This document shows positions 38,798-48,214 of a stretch of 64,000 nt of DNA, one piece after another. Source of the DNA: Bacilli bacterium (lineage in GTDB: Bacteria > Bacillota_I > Bacilli_A > RFN20 > CAG-826); contig JAFSOD010000004.1 of the NCBI GenBank assembly GCA_017447165.1, positions 653,903 through 717,902 on the forward strand. Reading direction: 5' to 3'. The translations under genes were made by a program, and so were the position numbers. Position 1 is the stretch's first letter. Each line of letters opens with the position of its first letter. Below the pieces are notes generated by a model that worked only from the letters and a program-made list of their open reading frames with translations, made no database searches and was not told where the DNA came from.

Positions 38798-39289
38798 ATG
38801 AAAGCACGTAAAGTTTTATTCTATGTTTTCTTAGCTCTATCTATCGCTACAAATGTATTAATCATTGTTGAGTCTTCTATTGGTGGAGGCGGTAGCGCTG
38901 CTCAGTCATTCTCTTTTAGTGATTGGTTTATAAATTTACTTGAAAGCATCGGAATAACTATTACTGATAGAGAAGCATTTCACGCAGTATTTAGAAAGCT
39001 AGTTGGCCACTATTTACTCTTTGGTTTGTCTGGTGCTTTTACTATGTTGTCTCTTATTATGAATGACTTTTTAACAAATAAATTTGCATGGAAAATTAAT
39101 TTATTTTGTTTAGCTTTAGGAGTAACAGTTGCGGTCGTTAGTGAACTAATCCAAGCATTTGTTCCAGGAAGAGCTGGTACTTTCACTGATGTCTTTATTG
39201 ATTTGGCGGGATATATATCGTTCGCTGGAATTACATATTTAATATATTTCCTTGTCGTAAGGCATAAAAGTAAGAAGATAGTTAAATAG
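38798..39289 (+). CDS. VanZ-family membrane protein
   Basis: 163 aa, 4 TM helices. VanZ-like motifs (RKLVGHYLLFGLSG, ELIQAFVPGR, DVFIDLAG). Confidence 0.7.
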   Translation: MKARKVLFYVFLALSIATNVLIIVESSIGGGGSAAQSFSFSDWFINLLESIGITITDREAFHAVFRKLVGHYLLFGLSGAFTMLSLIMNDFLTNKFAWKINLFCLALGVTVAVVSELIQAFVPGRAGTFTDVFIDLAGYISFAGITYLIYFLVVRHKSKKIVK

Positions 39290-39290
39290 T

Positions 39291-41087
39291 ATGTTTTTGC
39301 TTTGGGGTAAACACATTAATAAATATTATTTGAAATACTTAATATTTTTTCTTGTTGGCTTAGCAAGCTTAATCACTGTTGACTGGTTCCAATTAGAACT
39401 GCCTGAAGTATTAGGATCTATTGTTCAATATTTAAAAGATCACGGTACGATTGATTTAACCTCACCTTTCTTCCACGACACGATGATACATGTTATTTAT
39501 TTGGCTTTTATTCTTTTAGGTGGAAGAGTCTTATGGAGATTATCTTTATTATTTGCTTCCAAAAAGATTGAAGCACATATGCGTCATGAGATTTATTTAA
39601 AAGCCGAAGCCCTTGATGTTACTTATTATCACTCTCATAAAATTGGCAATATCATGTCCTGGGCCACTAATGATTTAGACACTCTTGAAGAGTTTTTAGG
39701 CTGGGGCACATTGATGATGGTGGATGGCATATTCTTGACTTCTTTTGCTATTGTTAAGATGTTCGTTTTGACTCCATCTTTAGGTTTAATTTCTTTACTT
39801 CCAATTGCTCTTATTGCTTTAGTGGGTGCTTTATGTTCGGGAGCGATGAGTAATAGATGGAGATTACGTCAAGAAGCTAATGATGCTTTATATGATTTTT
39901 CTCAAGAATCTTTTACCGGTATTAGAGTTATTAAAGCTTTTGTTAAAGAGAAACAACAAATCCACGAATTTCGCAAAATTGCCAAGAAAAGCAAGGATTT
40001 TGACGTCAAATTTGTTTTCGTTTCTACACTTTTTGATGTTTTGATCGAAATTGTTATTGCGGTCATTGTCTCTATTATTTTAGGCTTTGGAGGCTGGTTT
40101 GTTTATGCCGCTATTACTGGTAATCCAGTTGTGATATTTGATCGGCCAATTATTATTCAACCAGGTGAACTTGTTACTTTCATTGGATACTTCTTCTCAC
40201 TTATCTGGCCGATGATCGCTTTAGGACAAGTTGTAACAGGATTTTCTAAAGCAAGAGCATCATATCATCGTATTGCTAATTTTTTAGATGTTCCTATTGA
40301 TATAGTTGATAGTGAATCTGCTATTGATGTAGATATTAAGGGTAACATATCTTTTAATCATTTTTCATTTACTTATCCTAATACCTCTAAAGAAGTTTTA
40401 CATGATATTACTCTAGAGATTAAAAGAGGCCAGCAAATAGGAATTGTTGGCACTATTGGTAGTGGAAAAACAACATTAGTTAATTCTTTATTACATCTAT
40501 ATAATATTAACCCTCATCAAGTGTTTATTGATGGAGCGGATATCAGTGAAATTAAGGTCGCTTGTTTAAGAGGAGGAGTAGCAATTGCACCTCAAGATAA
40601 CTTCTTATTTGCAGGTTCTATTTTAGATAATGTGGCTTTAACCGATGAAGAATACGATTTAGATAAAGTTAATAAAGCTTGTGATGACGCGGATATATCT
40701 AAGGACATTAAAGATTTTAAAGATGGAGTGAACACACTAATTGCTGAAGGTGGAGTTACTGTTTCTGGTGGACAAAAACAAAGAATTTCTCTTGCTAGAG
40801 CAATATTCAAAGATTCTCCAATTCTTATTCTTGATGATGTAGTGTCTGCTGTAGATATTAAAACCGAAGAAAATATTTTGCATAACATAAAAGAAAATAG
40901 AGCGGATAAGACTACTTTAATTGTGGCAAGTCGCGTATCTACTGTTATGCACATGGATAAAATAATTGTTTTAAATAAAGGAAGACTTGAAGCTTTTGAT
41001 ACTCCTCAGAATCTTTTGAAGTGTTCAGAAACATTTAAAACAATGTCCTTGTTACAGCAATTTAGCGTGAAGAAAGGAGATAAATAA
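39291..41087 (+). CDS. ABC exporter, fused permease/ATPase (heterodimeric multidrug-type, subunit 1)
   Basis: 598 aa. 6-TM type I exporter domain plus NBD (GTIGSGKTTL, VSGGQKQRISLARA, ILDDVVSAVD). Confidence 0.85.
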   Translation: MFLLWGKHINKYYLKYLIFFLVGLASLITVDWFQLELPEVLGSIVQYLKDHGTIDLTSPFFHDTMIHVIYLAFILLGGRVLWRLSLLFASKKIEAHMRHEIYLKAEALDVTYYHSHKIGNIMSWATNDLDTLEEFLGWGTLMMVDGIFLTSFAIVKMFVLTPSLGLISLLPIALIALVGALCSGAMSNRWRLRQEANDALYDFSQESFTGIRVIKAFVKEKQQIHEFRKIAKKSKDFDVKFVFVSTLFDVLIEIVIAVIVSIILGFGGWFVYAAITGNPVVIFDRPIIIQPGELVTFIGYFFSLIWPMIALGQVVTGFSKARASYHRIANFLDVPIDIVDSESAIDVDIKGNISFNHFSFTYPNTSKEVLHDITLEIKRGQQIGIVGTIGSGKTTLVNSLLHLYNINPHQVFIDGADISEIKVACLRGGVAIAPQDNFLFAGSILDNVALTDEEYDLDKVNKACDDADISKDIKDFKDGVNTLIAEGGVTVSGGQKQRISLARAIFKDSPILILDDVVSAVDIKTEENILHNIKENRADKTTLIVASRVSTVMHMDKIIVLNKGRLEAFDTPQNLLKCSETFKTMSLLQQFSVKKGDK

Positions 41088-42841
41088 TGTCTAACGATTT
41101 ATTAAAAGACAAGAAAATCCCCTTAAGAACGCTATTTAAGCGAACTTGGAAATATATTGCTAAAGAAAAGTGGTCTTTTATTCTTTCGCTTGCCTTAATT
41201 CTTATAACAGTTGTTTCAGGCGTGATTCTTCCAAGAATTACTGGTTACTATACTGACGAGATTACTAGCATTAATCCAAGTCTAAATAAAATCATTTGGA
41301 TAGCGGTTTTGATGCTAGGCATGTCTATTATCACCCAAGGATTTGTATTACTTGAAACCATGATTCTCACTAAAGCTGGGCAAAGAATTGTCTATTCTTT
41401 AAGAATGGAAGTCTTTACTCTTATTGAAAGCATGTCACAAAATCAATTTAACGACATGGCGGTGGGTTCTTTAGTCACTAGAGTCTGTAATTATACATCG
41501 CAGTTAAGTGAATTCTTTACAAATATCTTAGTGAAAATTGTTAAAGATTTATCTACTGTTGTGGTCACTTATATTTGGATGATGGTCTTATCTTATAGAT
41601 TAGGACTAGTTTTATTAGGTGTAGTGGCTTTAATCTTTGTTATTTCTTATATCTTCTCCGTTAATGTTCACAGAGTTTTCTCTAGAGAAAGAAAACAGAT
41701 TTCAGATTTAAATACTTACTTAAACGAATCTTTATCTGGCATGAAAATAGTACAGCTATTTAAGCAAGAAAAGAAATTCGAAAAGACCTTTAATAAAAAG
41801 AATAATGAATATTTCAAAACTAAATATAAAGTGACGATTGCCTTTGCTATTTATCGTCCACTTATTTCTCTTATTTATGTTTTAACGCTTGCTTTAATTA
41901 TTTATTATGGAGTGAGATATAACTTAACTGCCGGTGTTATTGTTTCCTTCTATTTATTCTTAGATTATTTCTTTGAACCAGTGCAGTCTCTAGCGGATTC
42001 ACTTAATCACATTACTCGCGCGGTTTCAGCGATTGAAAGACTATATAACTTGCTAGATATTGAACCAGAAGTCGTGGATAGTAAAAATGCGATTGAGGTA
42101 GATCATTTTAACGGAAAAATAGAATTTAGAAATGTCTCTTTTGCCTATGAAGAAGATAATTACATTCTTAAAGATGTCTCCTTTGTTATTAATCCAAAAG
42201 AAACAATCGCTTTTGTTGGAGAAACAGGAAGTGGGAAAACTACAATATTAAATTTGATTGTGAGAAACTTCGAACCTCAAAAAGGAGATATCTTTATCGA
42301 TGATATAAATATTAAAGATATTAAGTTATCTTCTTTAAGAAAACTAATCGGACAAATGTTACAAGACGTCTTCTTGTTTACCGGTTCAATTAGAAATAAC
42401 ATTACTTTATTTGATGATTCTTATTCTGATAGTGAAATTAATAACGCTGTAAAATATGTTAACGCGGATACGTTTATTAATTCTTTACCAAATAAGTTGG
42501 ATGAACAGATACTAGAAAAAGGAGAATCTTTATCTACAGGTCAAAGACAACTCTTATCTTTTGCTAGAACCATATTAGCTAAACCACAAATTATGATTTT
42601 AGATGAAGCGACCGCCAATATCGATAGTGAAACGGAAGCAGTTATTCAATCTTCTTTAAATAATATAAAGAATATAGGAACCATGTTAGTGGTCGCTCAT
42701 AGACTCTCCACAATTAAAAACGCTGATCAAATATTTGTCTTGAGTCATGGAGAAATAATAGAAAAAGGAAATCATGAAGAATTAATGAAATCTCAGGGTT
42801 ACTACTATAATTTATATAAGTTACAATATTCAGAATCATGA
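41087..42841 (+). CDS. ABC exporter, fused permease/ATPase (subunit 2)
   Basis: 584 aa. TMD plus NBD (GETGSGKTT, LSTGQRQLLSFART, ILDEATANID). Start overlaps the previous stop (ATAATG). Confidence 0.85.
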   Translation: MSNDLLKDKKIPLRTLFKRTWKYIAKEKWSFILSLALILITVVSGVILPRITGYYTDEITSINPSLNKIIWIAVLMLGMSIITQGFVLLETMILTKAGQRIVYSLRMEVFTLIESMSQNQFNDMAVGSLVTRVCNYTSQLSEFFTNILVKIVKDLSTVVVTYIWMMVLSYRLGLVLLGVVALIFVISYIFSVNVHRVFSRERKQISDLNTYLNESLSGMKIVQLFKQEKKFEKTFNKKNNEYFKTKYKVTIAFAIYRPLISLIYVLTLALIIYYGVRYNLTAGVIVSFYLFLDYFFEPVQSLADSLNHITRAVSAIERLYNLLDIEPEVVDSKNAIEVDHFNGKIEFRNVSFAYEEDNYILKDVSFVINPKETIAFVGETGSGKTTILNLIVRNFEPQKGDIFIDDINIKDIKLSSLRKLIGQMLQDVFLFTGSIRNNITLFDDSYSDSEINNAVKYVNADTFINSLPNKLDEQILEKGESLSTGQRQLLSFARTILAKPQIMILDEATANIDSETEAVIQSSLNNIKNIGTMLVVAHRLSTIKNADQIFVLSHGEIIEKGNHEELMKSQGYYYNLYKLQYSES

Positions 42842-43245
42842 AATCATTTAAAGCATTAGAAGCCGAATTTAAAGAAAAACAATCTTTAGAAAAAGAAAAG
42901 ATTAAAGCTATTCCTTCTAAAGGGAAAAGGATTTTGAAGTGGATAATCTATCTATGCGTTTTTCCTTTTAAGTGGCTTTGGGTTAATATTAGAGATTATC
43001 GCACTGCGATTATCTTTGCTCTTGTCTTTATTGTTCTTTCTTCAGAAGTATGGGTCCCTTATTTAATTGGAGTTATATGCTGGGCAAATGAGCCAGTAAG
43101 AATATCAATGTTCTCTGTTGGTAGTGCGTGTTGGCTATTCTGGTTAGGACCAGGCACCCCGTTTTTAGTAATTTGTATAGGACTCACTATTGGAGTTAAA
43201 GCTCTATTTAATAAGATAAAGTATCGTAATAAAAAAGCACAATAA
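42838..43245 (+). CDS. small 3-TM membrane protein, translationally coupled to the ABC exporter
   Basis: 135 aa. ATGA overlap with the upstream stop. Basic/amphipathic N-terminus followed by three hydrophobic helices. No family recognised. Confidence 0.55.
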   Translation: MKSFKALEAEFKEKQSLEKEKIKAIPSKGKRILKWIIYLCVFPFKWLWVNIRDYRTAIIFALVFIVLSSEVWVPYLIGVICWANEPVRISMFSVGSACWLFWLGPGTPFLVICIGLTIGVKALFNKIKYRNKKAQ

Positions 43246-43270
43246 AACCCTGAATGAATCAGGGTTTTTT
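43244..43270. terminator. bidirectional intrinsic terminator
   Basis: AAAACCCTGA-atgaa-TCAGGGTTTTTT. Perfect 6-bp stem flanked by an A-run and a T-run. Serves the + ABC operon and the minus-strand tRNA operon. Confidence 0.7.
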
Positions 43271-43277
43271 ACAATTT

Positions 43278-43367
43278 TGGTGCCCGGGACCGGAATCGAA
43301 CCGGTACGGTTTATACAACCGCAAGATTTTAAGTCTTGTGCGTCTACCTGTTCCGCCACCTGGGCGC
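43278..43367 (-). tRNA. tRNA-Leu (anticodon UAA), long variable arm
   Basis: Reverse complement GCGCCCAGGTGGCGGAACAGGTAGACGCACAAGACTTAAAATCTTG...GGTTCGATTCCGGTCCCGGGCACCA. Anticodon loop CUUAAAA. CCA encoded. Confidence 0.85.
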
Positions 43368-43374
43368 TTAGAAT

Positions 43375-43450
43375 TGGTGACTCGCCGGAGATTCGAACTC
43401 CGGACCCCTTGATTAAAAGTCAAGTGCTCTACCGGCTGAGCTAGCGAGTC
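43375..43450 (-). tRNA. tRNA-Lys (anticodon UUU)
   Basis: Reverse complement GACTCGCTAGCTCAGCCGGTAGAGCACTTGACTTTTAATCAAGGGGTCCGGAGTTCGAATCTCCGGCGAGTCACCA. Confidence 0.9.
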
Positions 43451-43455
43451 AACAT

Positions 43456-43531
43456 TGGCTGGGGTGGGTGGGATCGAACCACCGAGATGACAGAGTCAAA
43501 GTCTGTTGCCTTACCTCTTGGCTACACCCCA
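43456..43531 (-). tRNA. tRNA-Gln (anticodon UUG)
   Basis: Reverse complement TGGGGTGTAGCCAAGAGGTAAGGCAACAGACTTTGACTCTGTCATCTCGGTGGTTCGATCCCACCCACCCCAGCCA. Confidence 0.9.
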
Positions 43532-43536
43532 ACTTG

Positions 43537-43620
43537 TGGTGGAGGGGGGCAGATTCGAACCGCCGAACCCGAAGGAGCTGATTTACAGTCAGCCGCGTTT
43601 AGCCTCTTCGCTACCCCTCC
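43537..43620 (-). tRNA. tRNA-Tyr (anticodon GUA)
   Basis: Reverse complement GGAGGGGTAGCGAAGAGGCTAAACGCGGCTGACTGTAAATCAGCTCCTTCGGGTTCGGCGGTTCGAATCTGCCCCCCTCCACCA. Long variable arm. Confidence 0.9.
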
Positions 43621-43644
43621 GTGTATGGTATAGCTTCGCGTTAA

Positions 43645-43720
43645 TGGTGGATGCTGAGGGGCTCGAACCCCCGACCTCCGCCGTGTAAAGGCGATGCTCT
43701 CCCAGCTGAGCTAAGCATCC
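43645..43720 (-). tRNA. tRNA-Val (anticodon UAC)
   Basis: Reverse complement GGATGCTTAGCTCAGCTGGGAGAGCATCGCCTTTACACGGCGGAGGTCGGGGGTTCGAGCCCCTCAGCATCCACCA. Confidence 0.9.
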
Positions 43721-43743
43721 GCTTTTGCAGATACGCAAGCAAT

Positions 43744-43772
43744 AATATACCATTATGCCCTAGTTAAATCAA
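43744..43772 (-). promoter_or_regulatory. candidate sigma-A promoter of the tRNA operon (TTGATT-17-TATATT)
   Basis: Reverse complement reads TTGATT taactagggcataatgg TATATT. The -10 ends ~24 nt upstream of the tRNA-Val 5' end. Confidence 0.5.
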
Positions 43773-43773
43773 T

Positions 43774-43805
43774 AAAAAAATCGCCTTTTTGAGAAGCGAC
43801 TTTTT
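43774..43805 (-). terminator. weak intrinsic terminator after pgi
   Basis: Short GC stem (TCGC...GCGA) followed by a T7 run on the minus strand. The stem is only 4 bp. Confidence 0.35.
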
Positions 43806-43826
43806 AAGTGTAAAAACTAATATAGT

Positions 43827-45107
43827 TTAGTACCCTTTTTTACCTAGTAAGTGGAACATATTTTTCTTATAAATTTCCACACCTGGTTGGTTAAATGGAT
43901 TGATGTCCAATAAATAGGCACTCATGGCACAAGTTCTCATAAAGAAATAGAAGAGATAGCCAAGAGTGTAGGCATCTAGTCTATCAATTGTGATGATATT
44001 ACAAGGAACGCCACCATCTTCTTGGTGAGCTTTTAAAGTTCCTTGAAAGGCGTTTTGATTAACGTAAGATAGTTTCTTACCTGCTAAATAGTTAAGTCCA
44101 TCAAGGTCATCTTTATCACTTGGGATTTCTACATCTAATTCTGGAGTAACTATGTTAACGATGGTTTCAAATAATAGCGGAGAGCCATCTTGAATGAATT
44201 GACCTAAGGAGTGTAAATCGGTTGAGAAAGTGGCACTTGTTGGTAATAAACCTTTCTTTTCTTTTCCTTCGCTTTCTCCAAAGAGTTGTTTGAGCCACTC
44301 AGATAATTGAGACATTTGTGGCTCATAAGTCACAAACATTTCAACTGGTCTATTGTGATGATACATATAATCTCTAGAGACCGCATAGCGGTAAGCAATA
44401 TTATTTTTAAGATCATCGTTATCAAAATCTTTTAAAGCTTGGCCTGCTCCTTCTAGCATTGCTTTCACATCAACACCGGCGACTGCGAGTGGGAATAAGC
44501 CGACAGGAGTTAGAACACTATATCTACCACCAATATCATCTGGTAAGACATAGGTCGCATAGCCTTCATTATTACATAATGTTTTTAAAGCGCCTCTAGC
44601 TTTATCGGTAACAGCATAGATCGCTTTTCTTGCTTTTTCTTTACCGACTTTCTTCTCTAATAAATCTTTTAGTAATCTAAAAGCAATAGAGGTTTCAGTA
44701 GTGGTGCCACTTTTAGAAATAACGTTAATAGCGAAGTTTTTATCTTTAAGATATTCTAAGACTTGGTGAGTGTAGTTAGGAGAGAAGGTTTGACCCATAA
44801 AAATAATTTCTGGTTTATCTTGTCCTTTAACTCCTTTTAAAGCATCTAAAGCACATTTAGCACCTAAATAGCTACCACCAATACCAGCAACTACTAGAAC
44901 ATCAAAATGTTCTCTAACATATTTAGCATCTACTAATAATCTAGCGAGTTCTTCTTTATCATAATCTTTTGGCCATGTAGTCCAACCTAAGAAATCGTTT
45001 CCTGGTCCAGAACGGTCATCAATCATCTTATTGATACGGGTGACACTTTCTTGATACTTAGAGATTTCTTGTTCACTAATAACATTACTAACATCAACTT
45101 TAATCAT
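43827..45107 (-). CDS. pgi: glucose-6-phosphate isomerase
   Basis: 426 aa. Bacillus-type short PGI with SIS domains (VVAGIGGSYLGAKC, GGRYSVL, catalytic GESEGKEK). Confidence 0.9.
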   Translation of the reverse strand: MIKVDVSNVISEQEISKYQESVTRINKMIDDRSGPGNDFLGWTTWPKDYDKEELARLLVDAKYVREHFDVLVVAGIGGSYLGAKCALDALKGVKGQDKPEIIFMGQTFSPNYTHQVLEYLKDKNFAINVISKSGTTTETSIAFRLLKDLLEKKVGKEKARKAIYAVTDKARGALKTLCNNEGYATYVLPDDIGGRYSVLTPVGLFPLAVAGVDVKAMLEGAGQALKDFDNDDLKNNIAYRYAVSRDYMYHHNRPVEMFVTYEPQMSQLSEWLKQLFGESEGKEKKGLLPTSATFSTDLHSLGQFIQDGSPLLFETIVNIVTPELDVEIPSDKDDLDGLNYLAGKKLSYVNQNAFQGTLKAHQEDGGVPCNIITIDRLDAYTLGYLFYFFMRTCAMSAYLLDINPFNQPGVEIYKKNMFHLLGKKGY

Positions 45108-45480
45108 CGTTTTCTTCTTCCTTTGCTTTTGCTAATGTTTCATTAATCCATTCTGGAAGCTTTGCTTCTAAATCATGAAAGTCCGCTTCATCAAATTGCG
45201 TGAAGTGGTGAACGGATTCATCATGAGTGTTATATCTTTCTTCTTCAGGAATGACTTTATAGGAGACTCTTAAAAATCCGTTTTGAGGATCAATAGAAAG
45301 GACTTTCACTTTTAAATCATCCCCAACTGTGCCGAATTTTTCGATATCTCGAATATATTTATCAGATAGTTCAGAGATATGTAATAGACCGTTTTGTCCG
45401 GTTTCAAAAGTTAAAAATAAGGCATAAGGTCTTACTTGGTTAACTTTACCAATGACAACATCTCCAACTTTGATTTCCAT
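45100..45480 (-). CDS. S1-domain RNA-binding protein (general stress protein 13 / YugI-like)
   Basis: 126 aa. S1 fold (GDVV.GKV..V.PYALFL....GQNGLLHISELS) plus acidic C-terminal tail. 8-nt overlap with pgi. Same neighbourhood as yugI-pgi in B. subtilis. Confidence 0.7.
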   Translation of the reverse strand: MEIKVGDVVIGKVNQVRPYALFLTFETGQNGLLHISELSDKYIRDIEKFGTVGDDLKVKVLSIDPQNGFLRVSYKVIPEEERYNTHDESVHHFTQFDEADFHDLEAKLPEWINETLAKAKEEENDD

Positions 45481-45564
45481 ACATAATAATGTATCACTCT
45501 ATATTCCAAAAATGTATAAAAAAATAGACCAATTTCAATCGGTCTATTAGTTTTTATTTTGTGC

Positions 45565-46395
45565 TTATTTATTCGCAAGCGCTCTCTCTTTAGCTTCGAG
45601 TTCAGCACGAGTAGCGATTTCGTCGATGATTAGTTTAAAGACTTTTTCCATGTCGGAGTCTTTTGAATAATCCGCTTTTACAACAAACTTACATCTTTGG
45701 TCATTTCTAATTTGAGCAACCTTTTCTTTGTTGTCTTCGGTGTAGACACCGATAGAGTAACCTTTATTCTTGTTGACTAAGGTCATACAAGCAACATCAG
45801 TCATTCCATCTCCAATATAAGCGATATTGGTGTATGGGATCCTTAAGCCGTCTCTATTTTTCTCATTAACAGCGTTATCATCTCTAACATCAGTAACCCC
45901 TTTAGCGATTCTAAAGAAGAACTGGGTTTTTTGTGTGTAGTTAATCGCGAGCTTAGGCCACACAGGTACTCCGTTTTCATAATAGAATTCACATCCATAG
46001 ACTTTAGTGAAGCAGTCATAGATGGAACAGCCTTCTAAAATTTCTTTCGTGCCACTTGAGACGAGGTAGTGTTCAACCTTAACCCCTTTTTGATTTCCAT
46101 AGTCGTTAATTCTTTGGAACCAAGTAGTGACGCCTGGATGGTATTTAATAGACTTGCCACATTCTCTAAGAACTTCTCTGGTAAGTTTAATTCCTTTTTC
46201 TTTTGCTTTTGCAATCATCATAAACATGTATGAAAGAATTCTTTCACAACCTGATTTTTCACTAAATTCACCGGTTGCGCCCCAGAATTCTTCTGGAGTC
46301 ATACCCACCATTGGGATGAATGCATAGTTCTGCATATCCGTTGTGGATAAGGTTTTATCAAAGTCATACATGATTCCTAATATTGGTTTGGCCAT
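45565..46395 (-). CDS. HAD-superfamily hydrolase
   Basis: 276 aa. Motif I DFDKT near the N-terminus. Motif IV GDGMTD. Confidence 0.65.
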   Translation of the reverse strand: MAKPILGIMYDFDKTLSTTDMQNYAFIPMVGMTPEEFWGATGEFSEKSGCERILSYMFMMIAKAKEKGIKLTREVLRECGKSIKYHPGVTTWFQRINDYGNQKGVKVEHYLVSSGTKEILEGCSIYDCFTKVYGCEFYYENGVPVWPKLAINYTQKTQFFFRIAKGVTDVRDDNAVNEKNRDGLRIPYTNIAYIGDGMTDVACMTLVNKNKGYSIGVYTEDNKEKVAQIRNDQRCKFVVKADYSKDSDMEKVFKLIIDEIATRAELEAKERALANK

Positions 46396-46598
46396 ATTTT
46401 TACCTCGACGATTATATTATCACAAAAAGATAATATAGGTCAAATCTTCATTTTTACGTTAATATTACCCTACTAACGCTAAATTTGGACTTATAATTTG
46501 ACTTGGCTATTAATTAATTATTCTTTTTGATGAGTATATTGCTTGAGAGAAAATAAATTTTCTTTTACAATTATATCGCCTTTGAAAGGATAAAAATT

Positions 46599-48203
46599 AT
46601 GGAAAAGAAACCAATCATTTTATGCATCATGGATGGATATGGCATTAGACATAATCCAGTAGGCAATGCGGTTTATGACGCAAAAAAGCCTAATCTCGAT
46701 GCTTATTTTAAGAAATACTCTTATACAGAGATCAACGCTTCTGGAGAATATGTTGGCCTGCCAGATGGACAAATGGGTAACTCCGAAGTTGGTCATATGA
46801 ATATGGGAGCAGGAAGAATTGTCTATCAATCTCTTACTCTTATTAATAAAGCCATTAAAGACGGTGATTTCTTTGAAAACGAGAAATATTTAGCAGCGAT
46901 TGAACATGCGAAAAAGTTCCATTCTAAATTACACATCTTTGGTCTAGTTAGTGATGGTGGAGTTCATTCTCACATTAATCACATTTTAGCGATGATTGAA
47001 CTCGCTAGTAAGAGTGGTTTAGATGATGTCTATATGCATTGCTTTATGGACGGAAGAGACGTTGATCCACAGGCTGGCGCTAAATACGTTGATATGATTC
47101 AAAAGAAAATGGATGAATTACATTTCGGTCATATCGCTGATATTGGTGGTAGATATTGGGGTATGGATAGAGACAAGAACATGGACCGTGTTGATGTTCA
47201 TTATCGTTTAATGGTAGATCATGACGGACCAAGTTTTGAGGACTATCACGATTTCTTCAAATACGAATATGAAGAAGAATTACCAAAAGTTGGTAAGGCT
47301 CCTAGTGATGAATTTCTAATTCCTCACTATAATGCGAAAGTTGATGGAAGAATCGGCGATAATGATGCGATTATCTTTATGAACTATCGTCCAGATAGAG
47401 CCATTCAAATCTCTACATTATTCACCAATCCTGATTTCTATGAATGCCCACCTAAAAAAGATGATGGCTCTTTAGCTTGGAAACCATATAAGCCAGAACA
47501 TCCTTTAAAGAACATCTTCTATGTTTGCACAATGAAATATGCTGATAGTGTTAAAGGTGTCATTGCTTTTGAACCACAAAAGCTTAATAACATCTTAGGT
47601 GAATATTTAGCTAATAACGGTTTTACTCAATTAAGAATTGCAGAAACTGAAAAATACGCACATGTGACATTCTTCTTTGATGGCACAATGAATTTTGACG
47701 GAGTAGAACGTCCTGAACTTAAAGGATGTAGAAGAGTATTAATCAACTCTCCTAAAGTTCCTACTTATGATATGCAACCAGAAATGAGCGCACCTTTAGT
47801 ATTAGAAGCTCTACTTAAAGAATTAAATAAACATGATTTAGATGTTGTTATTCTAAACTTCGCTAACTGTGATATGGTTGGTCATACTGCCGTTCACGAT
47901 GCTTGTGTTAAAGCTGTTGAAACTATTGATTACTGTGTTGGTGAAATTATTAAGTGGTGTGATGAAAATGGTGGAACATTATTAGTCACAGCAGACCACG
48001 GTAACGCTGAAGAAATTTTAGATGAAAACGGTAAACCAATGACCGCCCATACCACTAACTTAGTCCCATTCTGTATCAATAGAGTTGGTCTTAAATTAAG
48101 ACAAAAAGAAGGTAAGTTAGCGGATATTGCTCCTACCATCTTAGAGTTATTAGGAGTGGAAAAACCAAAAGAAATGACTGGTGTTTCATTAATTGAAAAA
48201 TAA
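46599..48203 (+). CDS. gpmI: 2,3-bisphosphoglycerate-independent phosphoglycerate mutase
   Basis: 534 aa. iPGM phosphatase and transferase domains (catalytic Ser in NSEVGHMNMGAGR, DGRD, ADHGN). Confidence 0.9.
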   Translation: MEKKPIILCIMDGYGIRHNPVGNAVYDAKKPNLDAYFKKYSYTEINASGEYVGLPDGQMGNSEVGHMNMGAGRIVYQSLTLINKAIKDGDFFENEKYLAAIEHAKKFHSKLHIFGLVSDGGVHSHINHILAMIELASKSGLDDVYMHCFMDGRDVDPQAGAKYVDMIQKKMDELHFGHIADIGGRYWGMDRDKNMDRVDVHYRLMVDHDGPSFEDYHDFFKYEYEEELPKVGKAPSDEFLIPHYNAKVDGRIGDNDAIIFMNYRPDRAIQISTLFTNPDFYECPPKKDDGSLAWKPYKPEHPLKNIFYVCTMKYADSVKGVIAFEPQKLNNILGEYLANNGFTQLRIAETEKYAHVTFFFDGTMNFDGVERPELKGCRRVLINSPKVPTYDMQPEMSAPLVLEALLKELNKHDLDVVILNFANCDMVGHTAVHDACVKAVETIDYCVGEIIKWCDENGGTLLVTADHGNAEEILDENGKPMTAHTTNLVPFCINRVGLKLRQKEGKLADIAPTILELLGVEKPKEMTGVSLIEK

Positions 48204-48214
48204 GGAGATAATCT

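Noticed and set aside
43506-43688. 60-aa plus-strand ORF
   Set aside because: Spans the antisense of tRNA-Gln, tRNA-Tyr and tRNA-Val. tRNA genes explain the sequence.
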